Assembly: GCA_964467305.1 (NCBI GenBank)
Contig: CAYXQU010000001.1
Location: 5,354-34,399, forward strand
Length of the DNA: 29,046 nucleotides
Direction: 5' to 3'
Origin: an uncultured Eubacteriales bacterium
Lineage (GTDB): Bacteria > Actinomycetota > Coriobacteriia > Anaerosomatales > PHET01
Part shown: one piece after another, positions 8,148 to 15,862 of the stretch
How positions within the stretch are numbered: the first letter of the stretch is position 1
How the letters are laid out: each line of letters begins with the position of its first letter
Made by a program: the position numbers and the translations under genes
Notes under the pieces: model-generated
What the model saw: the letters and a program-made list of their open reading frames with translations, nothing else
Database searches by the model: none
Told to the model about the DNA's origin: nothing

Positions 8148-8606
8148 CTACGCGCCGCCCTCCGGCTCGAACTCCACCGATGACAGCACGATCACGGCCG
8201 CCAGGTCGAAGACGCGCTGCTCGGGGGCGAACCCACCGAAACACACGTCGAGCAGCACGTCGTCGTAGAGGATCGTGCGGTGGCGCTGGTGGTACGTGGC
8301 GTCCTCGGACTCCCCGCTCCACAGCGCCTCGACCCCGCCGTCCTCGCGCTCGGACACCTCTTCTTCGTACTGCACGAGCTCGGGCATGCGGCTTTGCTCG
8401 GTCAGCCCGCGGTGCACGATGTAGTTGGCGAGCAGTTCGCGCTTGTCGGCGATCTCTGACAGCGGACTCACGGAAAGTAACATCACGGTGAGGACGCCCT
8501 CGCCGCCTTGCTGACGGTAGACCAGTCCGCCGGGCTCGGAATCGGGGTCTGGTGCCCACTCGCCCGGCACTTCGACGGTGAATCCGTGCTCGCTGATCGT
8601 GGTCAT
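8148..8606 (-). CDS. Hypothetical acidic protein, possibly PsbP/DcrB-like fold
   Basis: 152 aa, strong codon bias, RBS GGGAG. The GFTVEVPGEW N-terminus resembles PsbP-like proteins (weak). Confidence 0.7.
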   Translation of the reverse strand: MTTISEHGFTVEVPGEWAPDPDSEPGGLVYRQQGGEGVLTVMLLSVSPLSEIADKRELLANYIVHRGLTEQSRMPELVQYEEEVSEREDGGVEALWSGESEDATYHQRHRTILYDDVLLDVCFGGFAPEQRVFDLAAVIVLSSVEFEPEGGA

Positions 8607-8704
8607 GCGGGTACTCCCTGAGTCGCTTCGTCCGGGTGGTGACTGCGAAGAATCTTACCTCGACGCTTGATTCGGTGCCCGATAACCCCCTGGTCGACCT
8701 GCTC

Positions 8705-8757
8705 TGATAAAGATTATCAATTTGATACTTGATTTTCTTGATTGCTGGGTGCACAAT
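8705..8757 (+). promoter_or_regulatory. Promoter with Fur-box-like and overlapping palindromic operator sites
   Basis: TGATAAAGATTATCA (8705-8719); TATCAA-T-TTGATA (8715-8727); TTGATT (8729-8734)-N17-CACAAT (8752-8757). Confidence 0.6.
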
Positions 8758-8789
8758 CGCTTCATCAAGTGAAAGAGAGGTGATTGCGC

Positions 8790-9173
8790 ATGGCACACGA
8801 CTGGCACGAACTCACGGACCTCACCGGCGACCGGGACTTCTCGGTGACGCGGGTGAAGCTGGAGCGCAGCGGCATCGAGATCGAGGGCGACTTCGAGCTG
8901 CCGCCGCTGGCCAGGCTCAACTACGAGGACCAGGTCTTCATCGCGGCGTTCGTCCGCAGCCATGGCTCGATCAAGGACATGGGGCGCGCGTTTGGGATCA
9001 GCTACCCCACCGTGAAGAACCGCCTCAACCGGATCGCGGAGAAGCTGCAACTGGTCGAGATCGAGACGCCGGCCGCTCCGGCACCGGCGCTCGAAGCTGC
9101 AGACGACGTACTGGGACTGCTCGAGCGCGGTGAGATCAGCGCCGAGGAGGCCGCGGGGAGGCTGAAGCGATGA
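8790..9173 (+). CDS. DUF2089 family HTH protein with C-terminal SHOCT-like motif
   Basis: IEGDFELPPLARL..FI..HGSIKDM..GISYPTVKNRL; C-terminal VLGLLERGEISAEEAAGRL; RBS GAGGTG. Confidence 0.9.
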   Translation: MAHDWHELTDLTGDRDFSVTRVKLERSGIEIEGDFELPPLARLNYEDQVFIAAFVRSHGSIKDMGRAFGISYPTVKNRLNRIAEKLQLVEIETPAAPAPALEAADDVLGLLERGEISAEEAAGRLKR

Positions 9174-9454
9174 AGCTGCCGCCGTACCTGATCGACCTGC
9201 GCGTGAAGTCCGAGGACCACCGGGCTTTTCGCCTGTGGCTACCGCTGTTCCTGCTGTGGCCACTGGGCCTGGTGCTGCTGGTGCTGGTGCTCGTGTTCAC
9301 GATCCTGGCCGACATCGTCTTGCTGCTCATGGGCGAGACGTACCACCACCACACGCGCTTCGTGCTTGGCTGCTTCGGGCTGCTTGGCCAGATGCGCGGA
9401 ACGACCGTCCACGTCAATGGTTCGGGGTCGCTTGTCGACCTGACCGTCAAGTGA
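9170..9454 (+). CDS. Small membrane protein
   Basis: ATGA overlap with the upstream stop; long hydrophobic stretch LWLPLFLLWPLGLVLLVLVLVF. Confidence 0.8.
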   Translation: MKLPPYLIDLRVKSEDHRAFRLWLPLFLLWPLGLVLLVLVLVFTILADIVLLLMGETYHHHTRFVLGCFGLLGQMRGTTVHVNGSGSLVDLTVK

Positions 9455-9468
9455 AAGAGGGTGCAGTC

Positions 9469-9936
9469 ATGAGTGAAGACCGGATGCGGATCCTGACGAT
9501 GCTCGCCGAAGGCAAGATCAGCGCGCAAGAGGCCGAGGTGCTGCTCGACGCGCTTGCCGGGCGCGCCGGCGCCGGAGCGGACGCGGCAGCCGGAGCCACC
9601 GGTGCGGCATCGCTTGGCTCGGCGATCAAGGGCGATCCCACGCCGCTTGTCGAAGCACTGCCCAAGTATCTCTACGTGAAGGTGAGCGCGACCAACGGCG
9701 ACAACGTGGACGTCAAGGTGCCGCTCGCTCTGGTGCGTTCGGGCCTCAAGCTCACGTCGCTCATCCCGCCCACCGCGATGGACCAGATCAACGACTCCAT
9801 GTCAGAGCACGGGATCACCATCGACTTCAACAACATGAAGCCCGAGGACATCGAGGAGCTCATCGGCGCCCTGCGCGAGATGGAGGTCAACGTCGACTCC
9901 AACAACGGCGACAAGGTGCGGGTCTACTGCGCGTAA
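9469..9936 (+). CDS. SHOCT-like (YvlB/LiaX N-terminal-type) domain protein
   Basis: MSEDRMRILTMLAEGKISAQEAEVLLDAL; C-terminal VKV..VDVKVPL.L..DKVRVYC; RBS GAGGGTG. Confidence 0.85.
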   Translation: MSEDRMRILTMLAEGKISAQEAEVLLDALAGRAGAGADAAAGATGAASLGSAIKGDPTPLVEALPKYLYVKVSATNGDNVDVKVPLALVRSGLKLTSLIPPTAMDQINDSMSEHGITIDFNNMKPEDIEELIGALREMEVNVDSNNGDKVRVYCA

Positions 9937-9966
9937 CTCGCGCGAGCACTGCGCTGCCAAACCTAC

Positions 9967-9997
9967 CGAGGGCCGCGGATCGACTCCGCGGCCCTCG
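9967..9997. terminator. Probable bidirectional terminator
   Basis: Perfect 13-bp stem CGAGGGCCGCGGA / TCCGCGGCCCTCG with a 5-nt loop, between convergent ORFs. Confidence 0.75.
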
Positions 9998-10011
9998 CTG
10001 TTGGTGCGGTC

Positions 10012-10239
10012 TTATCGGATGCGCCAGGTCTCCGGCAGCATCTCACGGGTGTGCGGGGCCACCGCCCGGCTAGGTCGGTGGCGTCGTGCGTCGTGCCATG
10101 AGGTGGTGCGCCTATCATCGATCGCGTGAGCCAACTCGATGGCTGCGCGCCCGGCACTCGCCAGCGCTATCGCACTGATGGCGGGCAGGTCGAACAGGTG
10201 CCGAGGGCGCGAAAGCGCCGAGGTGTTGTGGTGATGCAT
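10012..10239 (-). CDS. Small hypothetical protein (75 aa)
   Basis: RBS AAGGGAG 7 nt upstream, mostly G/C-ending codons, stop 14 nt before the hairpin. Confidence 0.55.
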   Translation of the reverse strand: MHHHNTSALSRPRHLFDLPAISAIALASAGRAAIELAHAIDDRRTTSWHDARRHRPSRAVAPHTREMLPETWRIR

Positions 10240-10284
10240 GGCGGGTCTCCCTTGATGGATCGGGTGCCCCGCGCGTGCGTGAGA

Positions 10285-10365
10285 TCAGACCTCGCGGCAT
10301 GCCGGGGCAGGTACGGACTGGATGTGCGGCGCAACTGGCGCCAAGGGCTGTGAATGGGTCATCAC
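10285..10365 (-). CDS. Putative 26-aa leader or small peptide MMTHSQPLAPVAPHIQSVPAPACREV
   Basis: Below the ORF-track cutoff. AAGGAGG SD 7-8 nt before GTG 10365 (ATG 10362 follows), just downstream of a clear promoter. Confidence 0.45.
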   Translation of the reverse strand: MMTHSQPLAPVAPHIQSVPAPACREV

Positions 10366-10393
10366 AATTCGAACCTCCTTCCGGCAGTGGGTC

Positions 10394-10438
10394 TGCAAGT
10401 ACGTACATGCATATTATCAGAGGGGAACTGCATAGCAA
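10394..10438 (-). promoter_or_regulatory. sigma70-type promoter with palindromic operator at the transcription start
   Basis: Minus strand TTGCTA (10438-10433)-N16-TAATAT (10416-10411) with extended TG; near-palindrome TGCAAGTACGTACATGCA at 10394-10411. Confidence 0.65.
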
Positions 10439-10474
10439 GTACTTTCCAGCGCGAATTCGGCCAGCCTGCACGCC

Positions 10475-10945
10475 CTACCCGCCGTGGCGGCGCATCTGCT
10501 CTTCGGTGAAGCGCGAACGTGCCCACGCTTCCTGCTCCTCGGGCTGCCACGCCACGGTGTAGAGGAACATGCGCGCGACCGACTCGCCTAAGAACTTGAA
10601 GCGCTTGTGCAGGTCCTTCACGAGCGCCGCGCCCTCGCCCACCGAGGCGAAGTACTTCTCAACCCCGCCGAACTCCCGCTCGACCACCAGCAGCTCGCCG
10701 GCGTTCCACACGGTGGCCTCGACTTTCTTGCGGTTGCGCACGATGCGCGCGTCGCCCACCAGCCGCTCGACGTCATCGGGCGTGTACGCGGCGACCTTCT
10801 GCGTGTCGAAGCGGTCGAACGCCTCCACCGTGCCGTCCCACTTGGCGTCGATGACCTTCGAGCTCATCCCTGCCGAGAAGACCGCGCGCGTCATCGCCTC
10901 AAGGTAGCCGTCGATCGTTGTGGGCTTGGCGCTTGTGACGGGCAT
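10475..10945 (-). CDS. DNA-3-methyladenine glycosylase I (Tag)-like protein, short divergent form
   Basis: ATG 10945 with RBS GAGGAG; YLEAMTRAVFSAGMS, AFDRFD..KVA, IVRNRKKVEATV.NA and FKFLG match the Tag helix-hairpin-helix core. Confidence 0.8.
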   Translation of the reverse strand: MPVTSAKPTTIDGYLEAMTRAVFSAGMSSKVIDAKWDGTVEAFDRFDTQKVAAYTPDDVERLVGDARIVRNRKKVEATVWNAGELLVVEREFGGVEKYFASVGEGAALVKDLHKRFKFLGESVARMFLYTVAWQPEEQEAWARSRFTEEQMRRHGG

Positions 10946-11097
10946 GGGGTGTCTCCTCTCACGCAGGTCTTGGTTACCTGTTGGTACCCACACCTGTGGG
11001 ATACCGCACCGCTTCGATGCACCCCCCACTCCCCCGCATCAGCCACGAGCGAGTATGCTGTTCCACATCGCTTCGCGCCCCCTGAACCGAGGAACTC

Positions 11098-12087
11098 ATG
11101 CATACCTCGCCCCAGCCCCCTTCATCCGGCCCGCGCCTGGGCAATGACTCGCGACTCGTGCGCTACGACAACCTGCTGGATGCCTGCGGCGACATCGACC
11201 ATCCCACGCCGCTCGTGCGCCTGAACCACGTGCTGGCCGGCCCCGACGTGGCGCTCTACGTGAAGTGCGAGTGGGTCAACCCCTTCGGCTCGATCAAGGA
11301 CCGCACCGCGAAGTGGCTCATCAACGGGCTCATCGAGCGCGGCGAGCTCACCGCCGGCAAGACCGTCATCGAGGCCACCAGCGGAAACACCGGCATCGCA
11401 CTGGCCGCGATCTGCGCGCTGATGGACATCCCCATGGTCGCGACAGCTCCGCACGTGCTCTCTCCCGAGAAGACCGCACTGCTACGCGCGTTTGGCGCCA
11501 CGTTGCGACTCACCTCTCCCGACGACACCTCGGGCCTGCACCCCATGGATCTCGCGTTCAAGTCCGCCGAGCAGATCGTCGCCGAGAACCCCGACGACTA
11601 CGTGATGCCCAACCAGTACGACAACGCCGACAACGCGCGCGCCCACTACGAGACCACCGGCCCGGAAATCTGGCGGCAGACAGAAGGGCGCATCACGCAC
11701 TTCTTCGCCGGGTTCGGCACCTGCGGCACGGTGGTGGGCACCGGGCGCTTCCTCAAGGAGCAGAACCCCGACATCCGCGTGATAGGCATCGAGCCGGTGC
11801 CCGGGCACCACATCTCGGGGCTCAAGAACATGACCGAGACCGCTGTGCCGGCGAACCTCGACATGTCGGTGATCGACGAGGTCGTCTACGTAGACGATGC
11901 GATGACCGATGAAACCGCCCGCCGCCTCTACCGAGAAGAAGCGCTCATGGTGGGACCGTCCGCCGCCGCGATCACCGCCGGTGCGCTGAAGTATCTGGGC
12001 GAGCCCGGTCGCGCGGGTATCGCGGTCTCGATCGCCCCGGACAGCGGCCAGAAGGCCACCACGTACCTGAGCGACATCTTGGGGTAG
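11098..12087 (+). CDS. PLP-dependent cysteine synthase family protein (CysM/CysK-like)
   Basis: TPLVRL, NPFGSIKDR (PLP lysine), EATSGNTG, NQYDN, GFGTCGT, GPSAAA. Confidence 0.92.
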   Translation: MHTSPQPPSSGPRLGNDSRLVRYDNLLDACGDIDHPTPLVRLNHVLAGPDVALYVKCEWVNPFGSIKDRTAKWLINGLIERGELTAGKTVIEATSGNTGIALAAICALMDIPMVATAPHVLSPEKTALLRAFGATLRLTSPDDTSGLHPMDLAFKSAEQIVAENPDDYVMPNQYDNADNARAHYETTGPEIWRQTEGRITHFFAGFGTCGTVVGTGRFLKEQNPDIRVIGIEPVPGHHISGLKNMTETAVPANLDMSVIDEVVYVDDAMTDETARRLYREEALMVGPSAAAITAGALKYLGEPGRAGIAVSIAPDSGQKATTYLSDILG

Positions 12088-12133
12088 GCTGGCGGATGAC
12101 CGTTCGGTTACCTCCGGCCATGCGGGTGAACAC

Positions 12134-12922
12134 GTGAGCAGCGTCATCACCACATCAGGACTCACCAAGCGCTACCGCGACGTCACCGCCGTGGAATCGC
12201 TCGATCTCGACGTGCGCCAAGGCGAGATCTACGGCTTTCTGGGCCGCAACGGCGCCGGCAAGACCACGACCATCCGCATGCTGCTGGGGCTTATCGGCCC
12301 AAGCGCAGGCGGGGTCACGGTGCTGGGCCAGCGCATCGTGCCCGGCGAGACGGAGGTGCTGCGGCGCATTGGCTCGCTGGTCGAATCGGCGAGCGCGTAC
12401 CCAAACCTTACCGTGCGCGAGAACCTCGAGATCCACCGTCGGCTCATGGGCAGCCCGCGCGACGCTATCGACCGAACCATCGAGCTGCTCTCCCTCACCG
12501 AGTACGCGAACCGCCGCGCCGGCCACCTGTCGCTGGGCAACAAGCAGCGCCTCTCGCTCGCACGGGCGCTGCTGCACTCGCCCGAGGTGCTCATCCTCGA
12601 CGAGCCGGCCAACGGGCTCGACCCCGCCGGCATCGTGGAAGTCCGCCACCTGCTGCGGCGCCTGGCCACCGAGCAGGGCGTGACGGTCTTCATGTCGAGC
12701 CACATCTTGGCCGAGGTCGCCCATCTCGCCGACCGCATCGGCATCGTCCACGACGGTCGCCTGATCGAAGAGTCCTCCCGAGAAGAACTGGCCGCCCGCG
12801 CGCGGTCCTTCTCGGCGACGGCGTTCACCGAGGAAGAGCGGGCCGATGCACTGCTCACGCTCGAGCTGGAGCGCTACTTCCTGTGGCGTACGGGTGACGG
12901 TTCAGATGCAGGCACTGAATGA
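12134..12922 (+). CDS. ABC transporter ATP-binding protein (BcrA/lantibiotic-resistance-like)
   Basis: Walker A GRNGAGKT, signature LSLGNKQR, Walker B ILDEPANGLDP, H-loop SSH. Confidence 0.95.
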   Translation: MSSVITTSGLTKRYRDVTAVESLDLDVRQGEIYGFLGRNGAGKTTTIRMLLGLIGPSAGGVTVLGQRIVPGETEVLRRIGSLVESASAYPNLTVRENLEIHRRLMGSPRDAIDRTIELLSLTEYANRRAGHLSLGNKQRLSLARALLHSPEVLILDEPANGLDPAGIVEVRHLLRRLATEQGVTVFMSSHILAEVAHLADRIGIVHDGRLIEESSREELAARARSFSATAFTEEERADALLTLELERYFLWRTGDGSDAGTE

Positions 12923-12932
12923 CGAATGCAAG

Positions 12933-12962
12933 TTGACTTACAGTTGATTGTAGGTCTACTTT
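12933..12962 (+). promoter_or_regulatory. Internal promoter for the MNT-HEPN pair, probably leaderless
   Basis: TTGACT (12933-12938)-N18-TACTTT (12957-12962) in an AT-rich gap; predicted +1 falls at ATG 12969, which has no SD. Confidence 0.5.
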
Positions 12963-12968
12963 AATACA

Positions 12969-13595
12969 ATGAGACCGACACTGACAGCTAGTGCCCTGTT
13001 CTCCACCCGGGGTCGGGTAGACGTGCTACGGATCCTGTGGCGGTTCCGCGTCCCCATGACAGCCGCGGACATCGCCCGGCTCGCCGGCCTGACGCACCCC
13101 GCCGCAAGCGCGGTGCTCGACACCCTCACTGACGCCGGGGTTGCCGACAGCGCACCGGCCGGCCGGGGTCACACGTACTGGCTCGTTAGCGAGAACGTGT
13201 ACGTGCAGTCGTTCGTCGACCCGATCTTCGCTGCCGAGGAGTCGCTGCCTGACCTACTCGAGGCGGAGTTGCAGGCCCTCTTTGCGGAGCGTACGTTGTC
13301 CGTCGTGCTCTTCGGCAGCTACGCCCGAGGTGACCAGACCTCGGACAGCGACGTTGATGTCGTTGCCGTGGCGCATGATGCGCAGAGCAAGGCGCAGATC
13401 GACCATGACTTGCCGCCTGCCGCCTCGGCGTTCAGGCGCAGGTGGGGCGCTTCGTTGTCGGTCCTCACCTACGACCCGGCGGAGGCATCTGCGATGGAGG
13501 TTAGGGCGCCCGAGTTCTACAAGTCTCTTCTGGAAGATGGCATCCGGGTGTCGGGGCTACTGGTTGCAGAGTGGGGTTCTCTTGGGACGGAATGA
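12969..13595 (+). CDS. wHTH + minimal nucleotidyltransferase (MntA-like antitoxin)
   Basis: N-terminal HTH (MTAADIARLAGLTHPAASAVLDTL); exact GS-x10-DxD motif GSYARGDQTSDSDVD. Confidence 0.92.
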   Translation: MRPTLTASALFSTRGRVDVLRILWRFRVPMTAADIARLAGLTHPAASAVLDTLTDAGVADSAPAGRGHTYWLVSENVYVQSFVDPIFAAEESLPDLLEAELQALFAERTLSVVLFGSYARGDQTSDSDVDVVAVAHDAQSKAQIDHDLPPAASAFRRRWGASLSVLTYDPAEASAMEVRAPEFYKSLLEDGIRVSGLLVAEWGSLGTE

Positions 13596-14004
13596 CAGCA
13601 CCCGGAGTGTGGGGCGAGGGCAAGCGCAGAAGTATCTGACCAAGGCGCAGGAGTTCTACGCCGTGGCGGAAGCGGCGCTCGCTGATGCCCGCTGGAATGC
13701 CGCAGGACTGAACGCTATCCACGCCGGGATCAGCGCCGCCGATGCGGCTATCGTTGCTTCAAGCGGTGCTCGCAGTGCATCGAAAGACCACTCCGCTGCC
13801 GTCGACCTGCTCCGGACTTCCGTCAGGGAAGCCACCGCAAGTCAAGTGCGACAGCTCGCGGGACTTCTTGGCATGAAGAACACCGTCGAGTACGAGCAGC
13901 GGCTGGTTACGGAAACCGAGGCTCGCTCACTCGTGGCGCAGTCGGGCCGGTTGGTGCGCTGGACGACCAGGGTAGTCGCGTCGCACATAGGTGGTGGCGA
14001 CTGA
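13582..14004 (+). CDS. HEPN domain protein (putative toxin)
   Basis: TTG 13582 overlaps the MNT 3' end; YLTKAQEF..A..WNAAGLNAIHAGISAADA..KDH..KNTVEY..EA helical HEPN pattern; 140 aa. Confidence 0.85.
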   Translation: MGRNDSTRSVGRGQAQKYLTKAQEFYAVAEAALADARWNAAGLNAIHAGISAADAAIVASSGARSASKDHSAAVDLLRTSVREATASQVRQLAGLLGMKNTVEYEQRLVTETEARSLVAQSGRLVRWTTRVVASHIGGGD

Positions 14005-14786
14005 TGCTCGCGGCAGTACTCATGACCGAGCTGCTGAAGCTGCGCCGCGCGAAGGTGCACTGGGTCACGCTGGGCGCGCTCATGATGGGGCCGCTTGGCC
14101 TGGCGCTGTTCATGTGGATCGCGATGGAGCCGGGACGGGCCGCTCAGCTTGGGCTGCTGGGCACGAAAGCCGACATCGTGGGCATCGAGGCGACGTGGCC
14201 CTCGTATGCGCTGTTCATCGTGCAGATCGTGGGCACCGGCGGCATGCTGCTGCTCGCCTTCATCGTGGCTTACGTCTTCGGGCGCGAGTATGACGACCAG
14301 ACCACGAAGACCATGCTCACCCTGCCGGTCGAGCGGCACTGGTTCGTCATCGCCAAGCTCATCGTCTCGGCGCTGTGGTGGTTCGCGATCGTGCTCGTGA
14401 TGCTTGCCGAGGCGATCGTCGTGGGGCTGGCGCTTGGCCTACCGGGGTTCTCGGCGGTGGTGGCTGTCGAGATGGCGGGCAACACGCTGCTCGCGGCGGC
14501 GATCTCGTACCTGCTGGTACCGGTCATCGCCTGGATCACCGTGTGGGGCAGGGGCAACGTGGCGCCCATCGGCTTCGCGCTGGGGATGCTGCTGCTTGGC
14601 AACGTCATAGGCTCGACGGGCTGGGCCCCGTGGTTCCCGTGGTCTATCGTGCCGCTGCTGGTGGGCGCCGTGGGCCAGCCGGTCGACGCGCTGCCGGTGG
14701 GTAGCTACGTGGTGGTGGGGCTCACGTTCGTCGCAGGCGTGGCGGGCGCGATCGTGCAGCTGCGAACCTCTGACGTGGCGCAGTAG
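14004..14786 (+). CDS. ABC transporter permease (ABC-2 / lantibiotic-immunity-like)
   Basis: TELLKLRR N-terminus, FGREYDDQTTKTMLTLPV..AKL motif, about 6 TM segments; TGATG overlap with the HEPN stop. Confidence 0.92.
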   Translation: MLAAVLMTELLKLRRAKVHWVTLGALMMGPLGLALFMWIAMEPGRAAQLGLLGTKADIVGIEATWPSYALFIVQIVGTGGMLLLAFIVAYVFGREYDDQTTKTMLTLPVERHWFVIAKLIVSALWWFAIVLVMLAEAIVVGLALGLPGFSAVVAVEMAGNTLLAAAISYLLVPVIAWITVWGRGNVAPIGFALGMLLLGNVIGSTGWAPWFPWSIVPLLVGAVGQPVDALPVGSYVVVGLTFVAGVAGAIVQLRTSDVAQ

Positions 14787-14792
14787 GGGCCC

Positions 14793-15491
14793 GTGTCCAA
14801 GCGCACCCACAGCATGAAGTCCGGCTTCGCCGACATCGCCCCCATCCTGATTGGCATCGTGCCGTTCGGGCTGGTGGCCGGCGCCGCGGTCATCCAGGCC
14901 GGATTCGGCATAACCGAGGCGATCGGGATGTCGCTGTTCGTGAACGCAGGCGCCTCGCAGATCGTCGCCACCACACTGTTCGGCCAAGGCGCGCCGCTGT
15001 GGCTGGCGCTCGCCACCGCGCTCGTGGTCAACGCACGCATGTTCATCTACTCGACGTCGATCGCGCCGGTGCTCTCGGATGCGCCGGGCTGGCTGCGGCC
15101 GCTTCTGGGCCACATGCTCGTCGACCAGAACTACGTCTCGACCATGACCAAAGGTCGCCACCGAGACGACATCGACATCATCCCGTACTACATGGGCGCT
15201 TGGTTCGGCCTGGCGGGCGTGTGGCAGTTGTCCACTATGGCCGGCGCGGTGCTGGGGCCGTTCATCCCGGCCTCGTGGGGCCTCGACTTCGCGGTTCCGC
15301 TGGTCTTTCTCGCGATGCTCGCCCCCACGCTCAAAGATCACATCGCGGTGCGAGTCGCGGTGGTCACCGGGGTCTGCTCGGCGGTCTTTGTGCCGCTGCT
15401 TCCCATGCAGACGGGGCTGATCGCGGCGATCGTCGCCGGCATGGCGTACGGAGCGTGGCTCGACAAGCCAAAGCCGGGTGAATCGTCATGA
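14793..15491 (+). CDS. azlC: AzlC family branched-chain amino acid exporter subunit
   Basis: PILIGIVPFGLV, NAGASQ, VNARMFIYS, LDFAVPLVF. Confidence 0.92.
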   Translation: MSKRTHSMKSGFADIAPILIGIVPFGLVAGAAVIQAGFGITEAIGMSLFVNAGASQIVATTLFGQGAPLWLALATALVVNARMFIYSTSIAPVLSDAPGWLRPLLGHMLVDQNYVSTMTKGRHRDDIDIIPYYMGAWFGLAGVWQLSTMAGAVLGPFIPASWGLDFAVPLVFLAMLAPTLKDHIAVRVAVVTGVCSAVFVPLLPMQTGLIAAIVAGMAYGAWLDKPKPGESS

Positions 15492-15823
15492 GCGAAGTCG
15501 CACGCTTCTGGCTGATGATCGGCGTGCTCGCGACCGGGACGTGGCTGATGCGCGCACTCCCCATCATGTTGCACGGGCACGTCGCGCACCCGCCGTGGCT
15601 GGAGCGGCTGCTCAAGCATGTGCCGGTGGCTGCGCTGACCGCGCTCGTGGTGCCCGGTGCCCTCTACCTGCACGTGGGCGATGCGTACACGTTCGCTCCG
15701 GCGCGCACGGTGGCGTCGGTGGTCGCGCTGGTGGTCGCGATGCGCACGCGCAACATCTTCCTCACCTTGGTGGTGGGGATGGGTGCGCTGTGGGCGGCGC
15801 AATGGGCCGTGGGGCTGCTGTAG
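15488..15823 (+). CDS. azlD: AzlD domain protein
   Basis: ATGA overlap with azlC; TWLMRALP..WLERLLKHVPVAALTALV. Confidence 0.9.
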   Translation: MSEVARFWLMIGVLATGTWLMRALPIMLHGHVAHPPWLERLLKHVPVAALTALVVPGALYLHVGDAYTFAPARTVASVVALVVAMRTRNIFLTLVVGMGALWAAQWAVGLL

Positions 15824-15862
15824 CCAGCGACTGCGGCTACGTGTAGGCGGCCTTCCGGCGCG

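Noticed and set aside
12906-12947. MQALNDECKLTYS as a relic permease N-terminus marking the TA insertion point
   Set aside because: Only a vague resemblance to 'M..L..E..KL', with no DNA-level duplication of the real permease start
12950-12959. GTAGGTCTAC resembling the TetR operator half-sites at 18647-18684
   Set aside because: Different symmetry and spacing; a short match is expected by chance
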